From: Sphyrna mokarran
Lineage: Eukaryota
Direction of reading: 5' to 3'
DNA: 64,000 bases
Assembly: GCA_024679065.1 (NCBI GenBank)
Contig: JAGIQG010000018.1
Location: forward strand, 9,486,001 to 9,550,000
Below are positions 23,143 to 36,753 of the stretch, one piece after another. The notes beneath the pieces were generated by a model. It made no database searches. It had not been told where the DNA came from and saw only the letters and a list, made by a program, of their open reading frames with translations. The first letter of the stretch is position 1; each line of letters begins with the position of its first letter. The translations under genes were made by a program, and so were the position numbers.

Positions 23143-23965
23143 TTGTTGGCACTGCTGCCTCACAGCGCCAAGGACCTGGTCCAATTGCGGCCTCAGGTAA
23201 CTGTCTGTGTGGAGTTTGCACATTCTCCCTGTGTCTGCATGGGTTTCCTCTGGGTGTTCCAGTTTCCTCCCATACTTCAAAGATGTGCAGGTTAGATTGA
23301 TTGGCCATACTAAATTGTCCCTTAGTATCCAACGATGTGCAGGTTAGGTGGATTGGCCATGCTAAATTGTCCCTTAATGCCCAACGATGTGCAGGTTAGG
23401 TGGATTGGCCATATTAAATTATCTCAGTGTCCAAAGATATGCAGGTTAGGTTGATTGGCCATGCTAAATTGTCCCTTAATTTCCAACAATGTGCAGGTTA
23501 GGTGGATTGGCCATATTAAATTGCCTCTTAATGTCCAAAGATATGCAGGTTAGGTTGATTGGCCATGCTAAATTGTCCCTTAATTTCCAACGATGTGCAG
23601 GTTAGGTGGATTGGCCATATTAAATTGTCTCTTAATGTCCAAAGATATGCAGGTTAGGTGGATTGGCCATGCTAAATTGTCCCTTAATGCCCAACGATGT
23701 GCAGGTTAGGTGGATTGGCCATATTAAATTGTCTCTTAATGTCCAAAGATATGCAGGTTAGGTGGATTGGCCACGCTAAATTGTCTCTTAATGTCCAAAG
23801 ATATGCAGGTTAGGTGGATTGGCCATGCTAAGTTGCCTTTTAGTGTCAGGGAGATTTTTGGGTAAATATATGAGGTTAAGAGGATAGGGATTGGATGGGA
23901 TTGTGGTTGGTGCAGACTCAGTGGTCTAAATGGCCGCCTTCTGCACTGTAGGAATTCTATGATTC
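23143..23965 (+). mobile_element. HE1-type SINE expanded by an internal 52-bp tandem array (11 copies, 23282-23845)
   Basis: Unit GAT(G/A)TGCAGGTTAGGTGGATTGGCCAT(GC/AT)TAAATTGTC.CTTAAT...CCAA. Confidence 0.92.
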
Positions 23966-24094
23966 CATGATAAGCATTTGGACATAAGCCAATGGAAAAC
24001 CTTCAATGCGTGAACGATTTGTGAAGCAGCATCGGCTCTGAGCTGTATTATGAGGTGTGGAATGTGTTTTAACCCCAATATAATCACATTACAG

Positions 24095-24263
24095 AGGTCG
24101 CAAAGCGAGAAGCAGTGGAGGCAGTGACTATAATTGATACTCCACCAGTGATAGTTGTTGGGATTGTCGGGTATGTGGAGACTCCCAAGGGACTGCGGAC
24201 ATTTAAGACAATCTTTGCTGAACACATAAGTGACGAATGCAGGCGACGTTTCTACAAGAACTG
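24095..24263 (+). CDS. RPL3L: RPL3L exon 3
   Basis: ttacag|AG GTC; encodes [55 protein letters not shown]; donor gtaata. Confidence 0.96.
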
Positions 24264-24520
24264 GTAATAAAAAAAAAAAATCCTCTTTATTTTAGCGTCC
24301 CGTCTCTTGATTAACATGTACAGATAAATGTATGTGGGTGATAGTGGAAAGGAGGTGCGCTACTAATCTTCCGGCCTCAGGTTGATTTGATACCCTGCAT
24401 CTCCCTGCAAAGCCCATTTGGACCTTTAGACCATAACACATCGGAGAAATTAGGCCATTCGGCCCATCAAACCTACTCCGCCATTCAAGCATGGCTGTTA
24501 AGTTTCTCAACTCCATTCTT

Positions 24521-24998
24521 ATTGGAGAGGGTGCAGAGGAGGTTTACCAGGATGTTGCCTGGTATGATGGGTAGGTCTTATGAGGAAAGGTCTAAGGGAC
24601 TTGAAGTTATTTTCATTAGAGAGAAGAAAGCTAGAGGTGACTTAATTGAGACACATAAGATGATCAGAGGGTTAGATAAGGTGGATAGTGAGAGCCTTTT
24701 TCCTCGGATGGAGATGGATAATACGAGGGGACATAGCTTTAAATTAAGGGGTGGTAGTTATAGGACAGATGCTAGAGGTGGGTTCTTTACTCAGAGGGTA
24801 GTAAAGGCGTGGAACGTCCTGCCTGTAGCAGTTGTGGACTCGTCAAGTTTAAGGGCATTCAAATGGGCAGTGGACAGGCATATGGATAGCATTGGAATAG
24901 TTAAGGATAGAGGGTCATAAAATTGGTTACATTGGTCGGCGCAACATTGAGGGCCGAAAGGCCTGTACTGCGCTGTAATGTTCTATGTTCTATGTTCC
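24521..24998 (+). mobile_element. CR1 3' fragment nested in an opposite-strand CR1 tail
   Basis: Encodes LERVQRRFTRMLPG...FFTQRVVKAWNVLP; (TTCTATG)n tail; host sequence on both sides (24430-24520, 24999-25250). Confidence 0.88.
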
Positions 24999-27900
24999 TG
25001 CCTTTTTCCCATAGCTTTGATCCACTTACCAATCAAGAAACTATCTATCTCCATTTTAAATACACTCAACGGCCTCCACAGTGGCGACAAATTCCAGATT
25101 CACCACTTCTGGCTGAAGAAATTCTTCCTCGTCTCAGCTCCAAATGGTCGGCCTTTTACTCTGAAGCTGTGCCCTCAGCTTCTGGTCTCTCCAACTAATG
25201 GAAACATCTTCCCCACGTCCACTCTATCCAGGCCTTTTGGTATTGTGTAATCCTGGAAAACAAGCAGTTCTTCAGAATGTTGCCCAGAGACTCAGGAGGG
25301 AAGCAACAATGGCGGGGGGGGGGGGGGGGGGGGCACGTTTAACACGTGGTGATGCGGAACTTTAACCTGGAAAGCTGAGTGCATGGGAAGATGGGGAATC
25401 AGAATCTCAGGAGTGTACCGTGGGACCCCAAGCAGCAAGGGGCTGATCGAGCAGCAGCTCAGCGACCCTCCTTGAAATACACGACATCATAACAAGAATG
25501 AAGATTTTGTGCCTTCGCTCAAAGATGTTTATGTTTGGACAAATGCTCTATGGAAAACCTTCAATGCACGAAGGATGAGAAGAAAACATTTGGTCCATCA
25601 AAAGTGGCTGCTCTCCCAACCCAGTGTCCAATTGCGTTTTGAATCTCCCCAATGTGTTTCACAATTGCCAATTTCACTTCAGATTATTCTGGAGGTTTGC
25701 CAACCTTTGAGTAAGGAGCCTCAAGCCCCATTCTCTCTCGAATCTCCAGAGCTTCCAAGGTTTTCTATTGAACATTTCTTACCCAGAGTTACACTGTACT
25801 TCAGGTCTGGAGGACTGGGTAACTTCAATGTGAAGGAGCCAAACTCACATTTTCCTAGTATCTAATTTTAAATTAATCTTCAATAATTGAAATTTATTCC
25901 TTTGCCTCATGCCATGGCCCAGTGCTGCCTCTCAACACCAGGGTTTGATTTTTGGCTTGGGTCACTGTCTGTGTGGAGTTTGCACATTGGCCTTGTGTCT
26001 GCATGCGTTTCCTCTGGGTGCTCCAGTTTCCTCCCGCGCTCCAAAGATGTGCAAGTTTGGTTGAGTGGCCATGCTAAATTCTTCCTTAGTATCAAGGGGA
26101 CTAACTATGGTAAATGCATGGGGTTATGGGGATAGGGTTGGGGTGGGATTGTGGTTGGTGCAGGCTCAATGGGCTGAATGACCTCCTTCTGCACTGTATG
26201 ATTCGAAGTAATATTTTTGTTCTCTATATGTTTGCCTTTCAATTCTTTAACTGTCGCAATGTGATTTACTCCCAAATCCCCTCATAATCTTATCTATTTT
26301 TCTTTCTAGACAGAGGTTAATACCTACTCAGGCAAACTTTTTTTTCTGGTTCTGACTACCTGAAGTAAGAAGGCCTCGACCCTCACTGGGTTATATATTT
26401 GCATAGCAACAGGAATAGGCCCATCAGCTGCTCACAGTTGATTGAGACATGACTCGTTATTTGTCTCGCTAATTTGGTTTCAATGCAGATTTCTATAGAC
26501 ATAGACAGGAATCATGGGTGGAGGTGGGAACATCGCCACATCTGGTGGCGCAGGCTCGTTGGGCCGAAGGGCTTGTTTCTCGTGCTGTGTTATTCTTTGT
26601 CCTTTGTCCTTTGACTTTGTTGCATTTGGGATGTACAGAATCCAAAATGGAATATTCAAAAAAATGGCTCAATATATGAGACAATGAAAGACTAGACTGT
26701 TTCAGGGGAAAAAAATCAAAGCCTGAGAGAGAAAACAGAATCATTTGGTGGCACCGTGGTATAATGGTTAGCCCTGCTGCCTTACAATGCGAAGGATCCT
26801 GGTTCAATTCTGGCCTCAGTCATTATCTGTGAGGAGTTTGCACATTTTCCCCGTGTCTGTGTGGATTTCCTTTGGATGCTCCGGTTTCCTCCCACAGTCC
26901 AAACGTGTGAAGGTTAGGTTAATTGGCCATGCTAAATTGACTCTTTTGTCGAGGGGATTAGCAGGGTAAATGTGAGGGGTTACAGGAATAGGGCCGGGGT
27001 GTTTGTGCTCGGTACTGCATCAAGGACACACATTCAATGGGATGGGGAACACACTCTATTAGAGGATATTTGTGGATATTTTTAAACTCATATCCACTAT
27101 ATGGGCGTTGTATGCCAGACTATCTTTCACTGCCCAGCCTGAATTGCCCTGTGAAACTCATTGCCACAGAAGGCTGTGGAGGCCAGGTCAATGGGTAACT
27201 TTAAGATGGAGATAGATAGGTTCTTGATCAAGAAGGGGAACAAGGGTTACAGGGAGAAGGCAGGAGAATGGGGATGAGCCATGATTGAATGGTGAGCAGA
27301 CTTGATGGGCTGAATGGCCTAATTCTGCTCACATATCTTATAGTCTTATGATTTGGTACAACTTTATAGGCACAATGGTTTACACTGCTGCCTCATAGCA
27401 TCAGGGAGTGAGTTCAATTCCAGCCTTGAGTGACTGTGTGAAGTTTGCACATTCTCCCCATGTGTTTCCTCCTGGTGCTCCAGTTTCCTCCCACAGTCCA
27501 AAGATGTGCATGTTAGGTGGATTGGCCAGGGGGATTAACAAGGTAAATACATGGAGTTATAAGGAATAGGATCTGGTGGCATTGTTGTCTGTGCAGGCTC
27601 AATGGGCTGATTGGCCTCCTTCTGCGCAGTACAGATCATATGATTCTATGACTTTGTAAGATAATCCTGCAGGTTTCTGAATCCTACAGCTCCATCATAG
27701 AATCGTAGAATCTCGACAATACAGGAGGAGGCCATTTGGCCCATCAAGTCTGCACCAAACACAACCCACCCAGGCCCTATTCCCTTAATCCCACATATTT
27801 ATCCTGCTAATCCCCCTGACACTAGGGTCAATTTACCACGGTCAATCAACTTAACCTGTACGTCTTTGGATTGTGGGAGGAAATCCACGCAGACACGGTG

Positions 27901-28983
27901 AGAATGTGCAAATTCCACACAGACAGTGATCCAAACCAGGAATCAAACCTGGGTCCCTGGTGCTGTGACACAGCAGTGCTAACCACTGTGCCACCATACT
28001 ATCCATGATGGGGTGGGGTAGGGAAATACAGTTTAAAATGCCTTGGGTTGATGAATTCACTGTGGGTCTTTCACACGAGGATCCCATGACCAACCATCGG
28101 CCCGCATTAACCCTGAGCACAATCTGTGACAGTAAATTTCCTCCTTTGTCTAGGAGGTGTGGGCATTACTGGCATTTATTAATCATCCCTAATGACCTTG
28201 AAATGACTGATTTGCTGGGCCATTTTCAGGAGGCAGTTAGGAGTCAACCACATTGTTGTGGGTCTGGAGTCACGGGTAGGCCAAGCCGGATCCTTTCCTG
28301 AAGGGGATCAGATCTCTATTTATGGTTTCGTGGTCATCAGCTTGACTTTTGCTGTGGTGGGATTTGAACCCAGGTCCTGAGAGTATTACCCTGGGTGTCT
28401 GGATTACTAACCAAATGACAATACCACTGCGCCACAGCTTCCCTTTAGATTTAGTATTGGATTTAATTGAATTGGCCAGGCTCCTACATGAAGAATGGGC
28501 ACTTAAGCAGGATACCAGAGAGCAACTGGCATCTGTGGAACTCTACCCAGCGTGAATCAGAATTGCCAATGGTCCAAAACCTGGTGGAAAAAATGTTTAC
28601 TGCAGCTTGGCAGTTGTGTCTCATAAATCAATTAAATTCTGATTCTGACTCACAGTTAAATTATTTGTTGCATTTTCCAGAACACCTAGTGACCATGGGC
28701 ATTATTTTCACATGGGCAAAAGTCTCACAGTAAACAAGATGTGACTATAAAATAATGGACTTGCCGCAGTCAGATATTGGGCCAGATTAAAAAATGGGCA
28801 TCTCAGAAACTGTGTTCAGTATCCCACGTGACTCCTATCCATAAATCCAATCGGAAAATCCAAGCATGTGGTCTAGATGAGGGTGGGACCGCTTTGGTCT
28901 TCCGGCTTTGAAATGGATGATTGGTATTATGTTCAGTGTGGTATATGCCACAGCACATGTCTCGTACCTTTATGTACCGCTAG

Positions 28984-29119
28984 GTGTAAGAGCAAGAGGA
29001 AAGCTTTTACCAAGTACAGCAAGAAATGGCAGGATGAAACGGGAAAAAAGCAGCTCGACAAAGATTTCGAAGCCATGAAGAAGTATTGCAAAGTCATCAG
29101 AGTCATCGTCCACACTCAG
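28984..29119 (+). CDS. RPL3L: RPL3L exon 4
   Basis: gctag|G TGT; encodes [45 protein letters not shown]; donor gtggga. Confidence 0.96.
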
Positions 29120-30306
29120 GTGGGAACTGTTCTCTTTCTCCATTTCCCATATTTATCTTTCCTGTGTCTAGCCGCTCATATTTATAATGGACATTCCACA
29201 GTAGGGAGCAGATATGATTCAGAGTAGGTATGAGGTTTGCAGCAAGGAAACATGCCCTTTGGCCCAACTTGCTCTTGCCTCCTGGTTTTTATCACTAAGC
29301 GAGTCCCAGTTGCCCACATTTGGCCCATATCACTCTATACTCATCTTATCCATGGAGCTGTCTAAATGCTTTTTAAAAGACAAAATTATATCTGCCTCTA
29401 CTGCTATCCCTGGCACTCACCACCCTCTGTGTGAAAAAATTGCTGCTCTGAACCTTTTTGTATTTCTCCCCTCTCACCTTAAACCAATGACCTTTAGTTT
29501 TAGACTCTTTAGGCATGGAGAGTTTAAGAGATTGTCAGATAGTGAAGGTGCTAACACTAAGGCTTGGTTGACATAATTATCAGTACCGTTATAATTAGCA
29601 AAAATTGTAGCGGAGGAGTTGGTTAAAATGTTAATTCCTTGCAGGCAGTGGGCAGGATGTTCCTCCTCTCTGCCGTGTGTTTGATGGTGGTGGGAGGTGG
29701 TGTGCCCTTCGCTGTGGTGGGATCTGATGGTCCTGCCAATGTCAACGAGGTTTCCTGTTGAATGCACCCGTCACTTCTGGGAAAGCCGCTGTGGGAGTGT
29801 GCATTGGCAAGAATGCCAGCAAGATTCTGGCCTGCATGTTTAAAATGGAACTTAACCCTCACATTGTATGTACATCTATTAAATGTTAAGTGAACACAAT
29901 CAGATTAGAATGTGTATTCAGTTACTGTTCATTGGCATTTTCATTCTGAATTTGTGCTCACAAGTATTATCTATGAACAGCATAAACTTCAAACTTTGGG
30001 CGGCAAGGTGAGCATCAGGGTCTCAGGTTCGATTCCCAGCTTGTCTGTGCAGAGTTTGTACATTCTCCCCATGTCTGTGTGGGTTTCCTCCAGGTTTCCT
30101 TCCATATTCCAAAGATGTCCGGGTTAGGTGGATTGGCCAGGCTAAATTGCCCCTAGTGTCGGGGGCACTAGCTAGGATAAATGCATGGGGTTGAAGGGAT
30201 AGGGCCTGGGTGGGATTGTGGTTGGTGCAGGCTTGATGAAGGCCAAATGGTCTCCTTTTGCAATTCTTGTACAGCTTAGCAACGGCATTGATTTGCTCTT
30301 CGGATT

Positions 30307-30435
30307 AAAGCGTGAAATCAAATTCCTGTGGATGCTGGAAACTGAAACCAAAAGAAAAAATGCTGGAAAATCTCAGCAGGTCTGGCAGCATCTGTAAGGA
30401 GACAAAAGAGCTGCTGTTTCGAGTCCAGATGACCC
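30307..30435 (-). mobile_element. Penelope-like terminal fragment with ~15-bp TSD
   Basis: Minus strand aaagggtcatctggactcGAAAc...cagatgctgccagacctgctgag; TTTGCTCTT(C/A)GGATT at 30292-30306 and 30436-30450. Confidence 0.7.
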
Positions 30436-31968
30436 TTTGCTCTTAGGATTGTTTGATCTCATGCTCGGGTTGGGATTAGAAAGGGCATTTGTGTGTCCTT
30501 GAGCTAGCATGGGCAGGATGACCGAGTTGGCTCCTTCTGTACTGCAACTGTTCTACGGTTCTATGGCACATATGGTTTTGTCAAGTGTTTAACAGATAAA
30601 AGTTTGATCAATTCTAAATCTGCTTGCTCACATATATTGTTAAAATATGCGTCACTGTGCCAAGCTCTGCTGGATTTGTGCTTTAATGTTTAGGAGGGAG
30701 GCCAGACAGGATAAAAATCAGGTCATGCTGTGCACTTCAGAGTCAGTGGGATCAGGTTTGACATACTGTACATCTGATGTAAGCATCTATGGCATTATTA
30801 TACAGCCCACATTTAGTACAATGCATTATCTCTCATGTTATGAACATTTGTTGACATTTTTCATTGAAGATGTTCTATCGATAGGACAAGGGATAGATTT
30901 TATTGTGTAACTTACTTAGTTGTATGTTCCTTGGACATTAGAGTAGTTGTACCATATTTTACTTTCCCATGAGCCTGACTTTACACAACAACAGTGACGA
31001 GTTGCATTTATACTGTGCCTCTGAGACAATTGAACTTCCCCAAAGAGTTCATGTGGGTGAAAGTAATTGGACACCAAACATGTATCTCGGGAATTGAGAA
31101 TCAGGGGCCCAGAAAAGTAAAGGCAGTAAAAAAAGGGGAATTAAGAATAATGGGTCCTAACTTTTTACTTCGGGCTGGGAGGTCACACTTTCAGAATAAA
31201 GAGTTGGTCTTTTAAGATGAGTAGTAATGTCTTCTGTCAGAGAGTTGTGAACATTTTGCGTTCTTGATTGCAGTGAGCTGTGGAAGTTCAGTCTTTCAGT
31301 AAATTGAAGAGAGACAGCAATCGATTGTTGGATATTGAGGGAGTTGAGGAATAGTGCAGAAGGTGTAGTGGAGCTGTTGTCTCAGTGAGTGTGGAAGCAG
31401 AATGGATGGTGGAATGGCTCATTACTACTCCTGCTTCTTGTAGTCTTGTGTAAGAGTGGCAAGCAAAGGCATTATCAAAGAAGAAGATTTTGAGAAGGCT
31501 TTTGATGGAGGAAGTTAAGGTAAAGTCACCTGATGACCATAGGCTATTCTCCCCTTTGAGTTTTTAAGTTTGTTAATGTCACAAGTAGGTTTACATTAAC
31601 ACTGCAATGAAGTTACTGTGAAAACCTCCAGTCGCTACACTCTGGCGCCTGTTCGGGTACACTGAGGGAGAATTTAGCACAGCCAATGCACCTAACCAAC
31701 ACGTCTTTCAGACTGTGGGAGGAAACCGGAGCTCCCCTGGAAAACCCATGCAGACATGGGGAGAATGTACAGTCTCCACATAGACAGTGACTCAAGCTGG
31801 AAATCAAACTCGGGTCCCTGGCACTGTGAGGTAGCAGTGCTAACCACTGTGCCATCTTGCTGTCAGATGACTGATGCTGATTTTAATCTGAGGATCACCA
31901 GTACCTCAGGCAAGATACGGGAAGGCATGAATAACCTCAACCGGTACGGGAATTGAACCTGTAGTATT

Positions 31969-33864
31969 GGCATCACTCTGCATCGCAAACCATCCATTCA
32001 GCCAACTGAGCTAAAGCTGGAGGGGTTTGGGGGAGAATTCCACAGTTAAGGCTGAGAGTAGAATGAAGTATTGGGGGTTATTATTATGATGGTGCTAACA
32101 CAAAAGAAGTTTAAATTGGTAGAGTGACAGGAGCTTGCAGAGCTGAATAAATTTGCCAAGTGGAGGAGCAGGTGAGCTTGAAGAGATCTTTTATATTGGG
32201 TCAACAACACTGAAATCTATATATTGGGAATCGGAAGCTATGTTTTGTTGACAGAGATAAAGATGGCAGAGAAATGGAAATTGGTATAAAGTGGGGGAGG
32301 GGGGCAGTTTCAATTTGTATTCTTATTTTATATTATTAGTGTCACAAGTAGGCTTACATTAACATGGTAATGAAGTTACAGTGAAAATCCCCGAGTTGCC
32401 ATACTCCTGCCATCCCTTGTGCCATCCCTTATGCCTGTTTGGGTACACTGAGAGAGAATTTAGCATGGTCAATGCATCTAACCAGCACGTCTGAGAGGAA
32501 ACCGGAGCACCCGAAGGAAACCCATGTAGACACAGGGAGAATGTGCCGATTCAACACAGACAGTGACCCGAGGCCAGAATCCCTGGCACTGTGAGGCAGC
32601 AGTGCCACCATACTGCCCCCTTAATCAGGCATCTAACATCTGGCATTTTGAAAATTGTGCGGCCAAGATGCAACTTAAAATGGGCTTTAGCTGAGAGACT
32701 GCCAAGAACAACATTAGAATAGAGAGATGACAGGCCAAGTATAATACACATACTTACGGTGAAGAAACATCAATGGTTTTTCTGCTGGGAGTTTGGATTC
32801 CAAAGGATGACTGGTTGGTGAGGTGTTATCTGATATATCTAATCCGATAAAACAGATTCAAACTGTATCACCGTTCTGAAATGACTCCCATTTAATGTTT
32901 TCTGCCTTCACCCCGTCACAGACCACCCCCATACTCACACCCCCCATCTCTTTACTTCCTCAAAATTCCTTAACTCTTGAATGTTCCCCCATTCTGACAA
33001 ATGGCCAGCATTCGGAGAGATCAGCTGGAAATTTCATGGAGGTGGCACAGGTCCCACTGCCAAAAGCAGGATGCCACCCTGCTTCAGCCAATGGGGAGGC
33101 CCAGGAGGTATTGCCAATTAAGTGGCCATCGCTAGGGGCCGCCTCGGAGGTGCTGATCCAATCAGATGGCTGTGATGATCGTCACATCAGCAACCTTAAC
33201 AGTGCCGCTGCCTCTCGTGGCCATTACTGGGATTGCATCTATGGTGGTAGGGTGGCTCCCTAGTCGGGCCTAGGTTGGTAGGCTCCCTGGCAATGGGGGT
33301 GTGGAATGTAGTCTTTGTGGGACACCGGTAGTGCTGGTTCCCTGAGGGTGGCCCTTGTTGCCAGGGGCCTCTGCCTGGAGTAGAGGGCTGCCCCATTCCC
33401 CAACACCTCCGCCCTCCCACTCCGACTTTAACCCATCGGGGCACAGCCAGCCTTTCACCTTGTAGTCTTCTCACAAGGCAGTTAGCTATCTTGATGTGGG
33501 CAAAATGCCCATGGAGGTGAGAATGCAAATTGAAACTGTCTCCCTCCCCCATTTTATACCAATTTCCATTTCTCAGCCACCCATGTCCCTGTCAACATAA
33601 TATAGCTTCTGATTCCTGATACAAAGATTTCCATATTGTTGATCCAGTAAAAAAATCTCTCCAAGGTCTCCTGCTTGGCAAACTTATTCAGCTCTGTGGT
33701 CCTGTTAGCTCCTGTCATTCTTCCAATTTAAACTTCTTTTTAAAGCACCACCATAATAATAAACCCCAACACTTCATTCCACCTTAACTGTGGAATTCTC
33801 TCCCAAACCCCTCCAGATTTAGCTCAGTTGGCTGGACGGATGGTTTGCGATGTGGAGTGGTGCC
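31969..33864. repeat. Local inverted duplication (arms ~31969-32705, split by a SINE, and ~33460-33864)
   Basis: For example ggagaattccacagttaagg / ccttaactgtggaattctc and gagaaatggaaattggtataaa / tttataccaatttccatttctc. Confidence 0.85.
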
Positions 33865-34325
33865 TTTAAATTAGCCACTCGAGCGACCCACGGTTTCGTG
33901 GAGAATGGTCAACCTGTCAACATTTCTGTCAGTGCCCAATGACAGGGGAGTGTGTGTGGGTCTGATAAAATTCCAGCCTTATCCCTGCTTTCCCATCACA
34001 GATGCTGACTGACCAGCTGAGGATTTCCAACACTTTTCTGTTTCTCTTTATAACCACAAGGTTGTGAAGCAAGCGTCTTATGAAGCACACTTGATTTTCT
34101 GATATATTTGAACAGAGCCAGTTACCACCAGATTGAACAAGCACTGATGGAAGACAAGAGTGGGGTGAGGGGGGAGTGACTTTTTCTTGTTAGAGACTGG
34201 GTGAGATGACTGATCTCACACCAGCTTAGCTTTTCTGCTTGTGTTCTCCCAGGGAGTGGAATCGTAAGATTATTTATCTCTTTTGTTATCCTTTGAAAAT
34301 GTGTAGTAAAATTTGTTCTGGCCAA

Positions 34326-34930
34326 AACCGCAAGAATTGCAAAGGGTTTCGAATATAGCCCAGTCCATCACGCAGACCAGCCTCCCAATCATCGACTCTG
34401 TCTACACTTCCTGCTGCCTTGGAAAAGCAGCCAGCATAATCAAGGACCCATATGTATTGGGATACAATGAAGAGTATGTTTCTTGTGCGCTATACAGACA
34501 AATCATATCGTTTACAAAGTACATTGGGGAGAAGGAAAGGAGAGAGTGCAGAATGTAGTGTTACAGTTATAGCTACAGTGTAGAGAAAGATCAACTTCAT
34601 ATAGTGCAGGTCCATTCAAAAGTCTGATGGCAGCAGGGAAGAAGCTGTTCTTGATTTAATTAGTTCATGAGCTCAGACTTTTGTATCTTCTTCCTGACGG
34701 AAGAAGGTGGAAGAGAGAATGTCCGGGGTGCCTAGGGTCCTTAATTATGCTGGCTACTTTTTCAAGATAGCGGGAAGTGCAGGCAGAGTCCATGGATGGG
34801 AGACTGGTTTGCCCGATGGATTGGGCTACATTCACGACCCTTTGTAGTTTCTTGCGGTCTTGGGTCAGAGCAGGAGCCATCCCAAGCTGTGAACACAACC
34901 AGAAAAGATGATTTCTATGGTGCATCTGTA
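34326..34930. mobile_element. Two Rex1/Babar-type LINE 3' fragments in tail-to-tail orientation
   Basis: Both encode ...LQRV.N.AQSI.QTSLP..DS..TS..L.KA/VASIIKDP on opposite strands. Confidence 0.75.
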
Positions 34931-35022
34931 AAAGTGAAGAAAGAACAAACTCTCCTCAAATTAAGCATTTTGGTCATGGTTATATTGTCATTGAGGTTTG
35001 AATGGTTTTACTTCCCCATTAG

Positions 35023-35209
35023 ACGAAGCTGTTGCCTCTGCGACAGAAGAAAGCCCATATCATGGAAATCCAGCTGAACGGAGGCACCATCGCGGAGAAA
35101 GTGGATTGGGCACACGAGAAACTGGAGAAACAGATCGCAGTGAGCACCATCTTCCATCAAAGTGAAATGATCGATGTCATTGGTGTCAGCAAAGGAAGGG
35201 GCTTCAAAG
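35023..35209 (+). CDS. RPL3L: RPL3L exon 5
   Basis: cattag|ACG; encodes [62 protein letters not shown]; donor gtaact. Confidence 0.96.
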
Positions 35210-35332
35210 GTAACTGAGAGACTGGTTAATACTCCAGGATTCTTCAACAGATCATTAGATAGAAATTAAAAATTGTCCCCGTTCCATACCAAAAACTTTA
35301 TTTTCACGTATTTAAGGATTAGTAACAGGGGG

Positions 35333-35836
35333 TGAAATAACTCCTCAGAGGCTGGCATCCCTTCATCAGATCCCCTTTATTTACAAACCCAATCCCATAA
35401 AATACTTCACGTAAAAAGTCAGAATCCAGAGTGTCAATAGCTCTAACACTCCCCTATACATCCGCTGTAGTGTGACCAATGGTAACAAATTGTAAGGGTC
35501 AGCTGACCCAGTAAACTTTACAAGCAGTGACAAAATGATTTGAGGGTCAGCTGACCAGCTAACTCAGCATAAATAAAAACCTGTTAGGAATTGATGGGAC
35601 TTAGGATGGCCTAGTGTGAGGTCTCAAGTGTTGGAGTAATGAAGTTTCTTTTTTAAACCTTTTTCTTTAATTCTTAAATTGGAGTAAAGTTTTGTTTCAT
35701 TTTATTGCCATAACTGAAGAGTTCCTTCGACTGGATATATAGGTGAGAGTCCCTGATTGGACAGGCAAACGTTCCCTCAAACAGAGAGCTCTTATTCCAG
35801 GAGGCTCACCTCGTGGGTCTCATTGAGGTCATTACA
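35333..35836 (-). mobile_element. Probable solo LTR related to 43183-43409, with an internal insertion (~35462-35740)
   Basis: Starts TGAAATAACTCCTCAGAGG and ends CATTACA; shares cctttatttaca and tccctgatt with the 43183 element. Confidence 0.5.
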
Positions 35837-36753
35837 GAAGGAACTTACAGTGTTGTTCGCAGTATTGCTCTCCGTGGAGCCAAGCTCAAAGGGCTCACAA
35901 GAACACTTCAATATCCTTTACTCTGACTCACTAAGAAGAAACCTACATACTCCAATAGTCAAGTTGCTAAAGGATGTCCTCATACTAGTAAGGTTAAGAG
36001 TCCCTGAGGACATCATTCGTTCAGATATGTTGTGTTGGGCTAAAACCTTTTAAGACAATAAATTCCAGCACCGTCATTTTTTATTATTGTTCTTTCATGA
36101 GATGTGGGTATCCCTGGCTAAGTCAGCATTTATTGTCCATCCGTAATTGCCCTTGAGAAGATGGTGAGCTATCTTGAACCACAGACCATGTGGTGCACCG
36201 TGCTATTAATAAAGGAGTTCTAGGATTTTAACTTTGTGACAGTGAAGGAATGGCAATATATTTTCATGTCAGGATGGTGAGAAGCTTGGAGGGGAACTTG
36301 CAGGAGTTGGTGTTCCCATGTCATTCTAGTGGTATAATTATGTGTGAAAAGCAGTGTTATAGAAGGTAGTAACTCACCAAGCACCCTTTGACAGCATCTT
36401 CCAACCTGCAACACCTAACACCTCAAAAAAAAGGTCGAAATTTTTAAAGCAGGGCGTGGATTGGGTGTAGAATGCAACAGCTGGGAGATCATTGCGAGTT
36501 ATCAAGTTTATTTAATAGCAGATATGATTTAAGAGATATATGGACAGAATCTTCCTGCCGTTCACGCTGATGGGATTTTCCAGCCCTGTTGCGGTGAATG
36601 GGGATTTGGCTGAGTGCCAAATTCTCTGTCCTCGCTTGCAGCAGGCAGTGTGAATGGTGGGTAAAATCACGCCCTTGGCGTAAAACATAGCAATCGTAAC
36701 AAGTGAATGAAATGTAACGCCAACAACCAGATTCTTTTCTTGTTAATTTGCAG

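Noticed and set aside
23282-23845. CRISPR-like regular array
   Set aside because: Units are contiguous with no unique spacers, derive from a SINE segment, and the context is eukaryotic.
25314-25333. 20-nt poly-G run
   Set aside because: Simple homopolymer with error-prone length and no supporting context.
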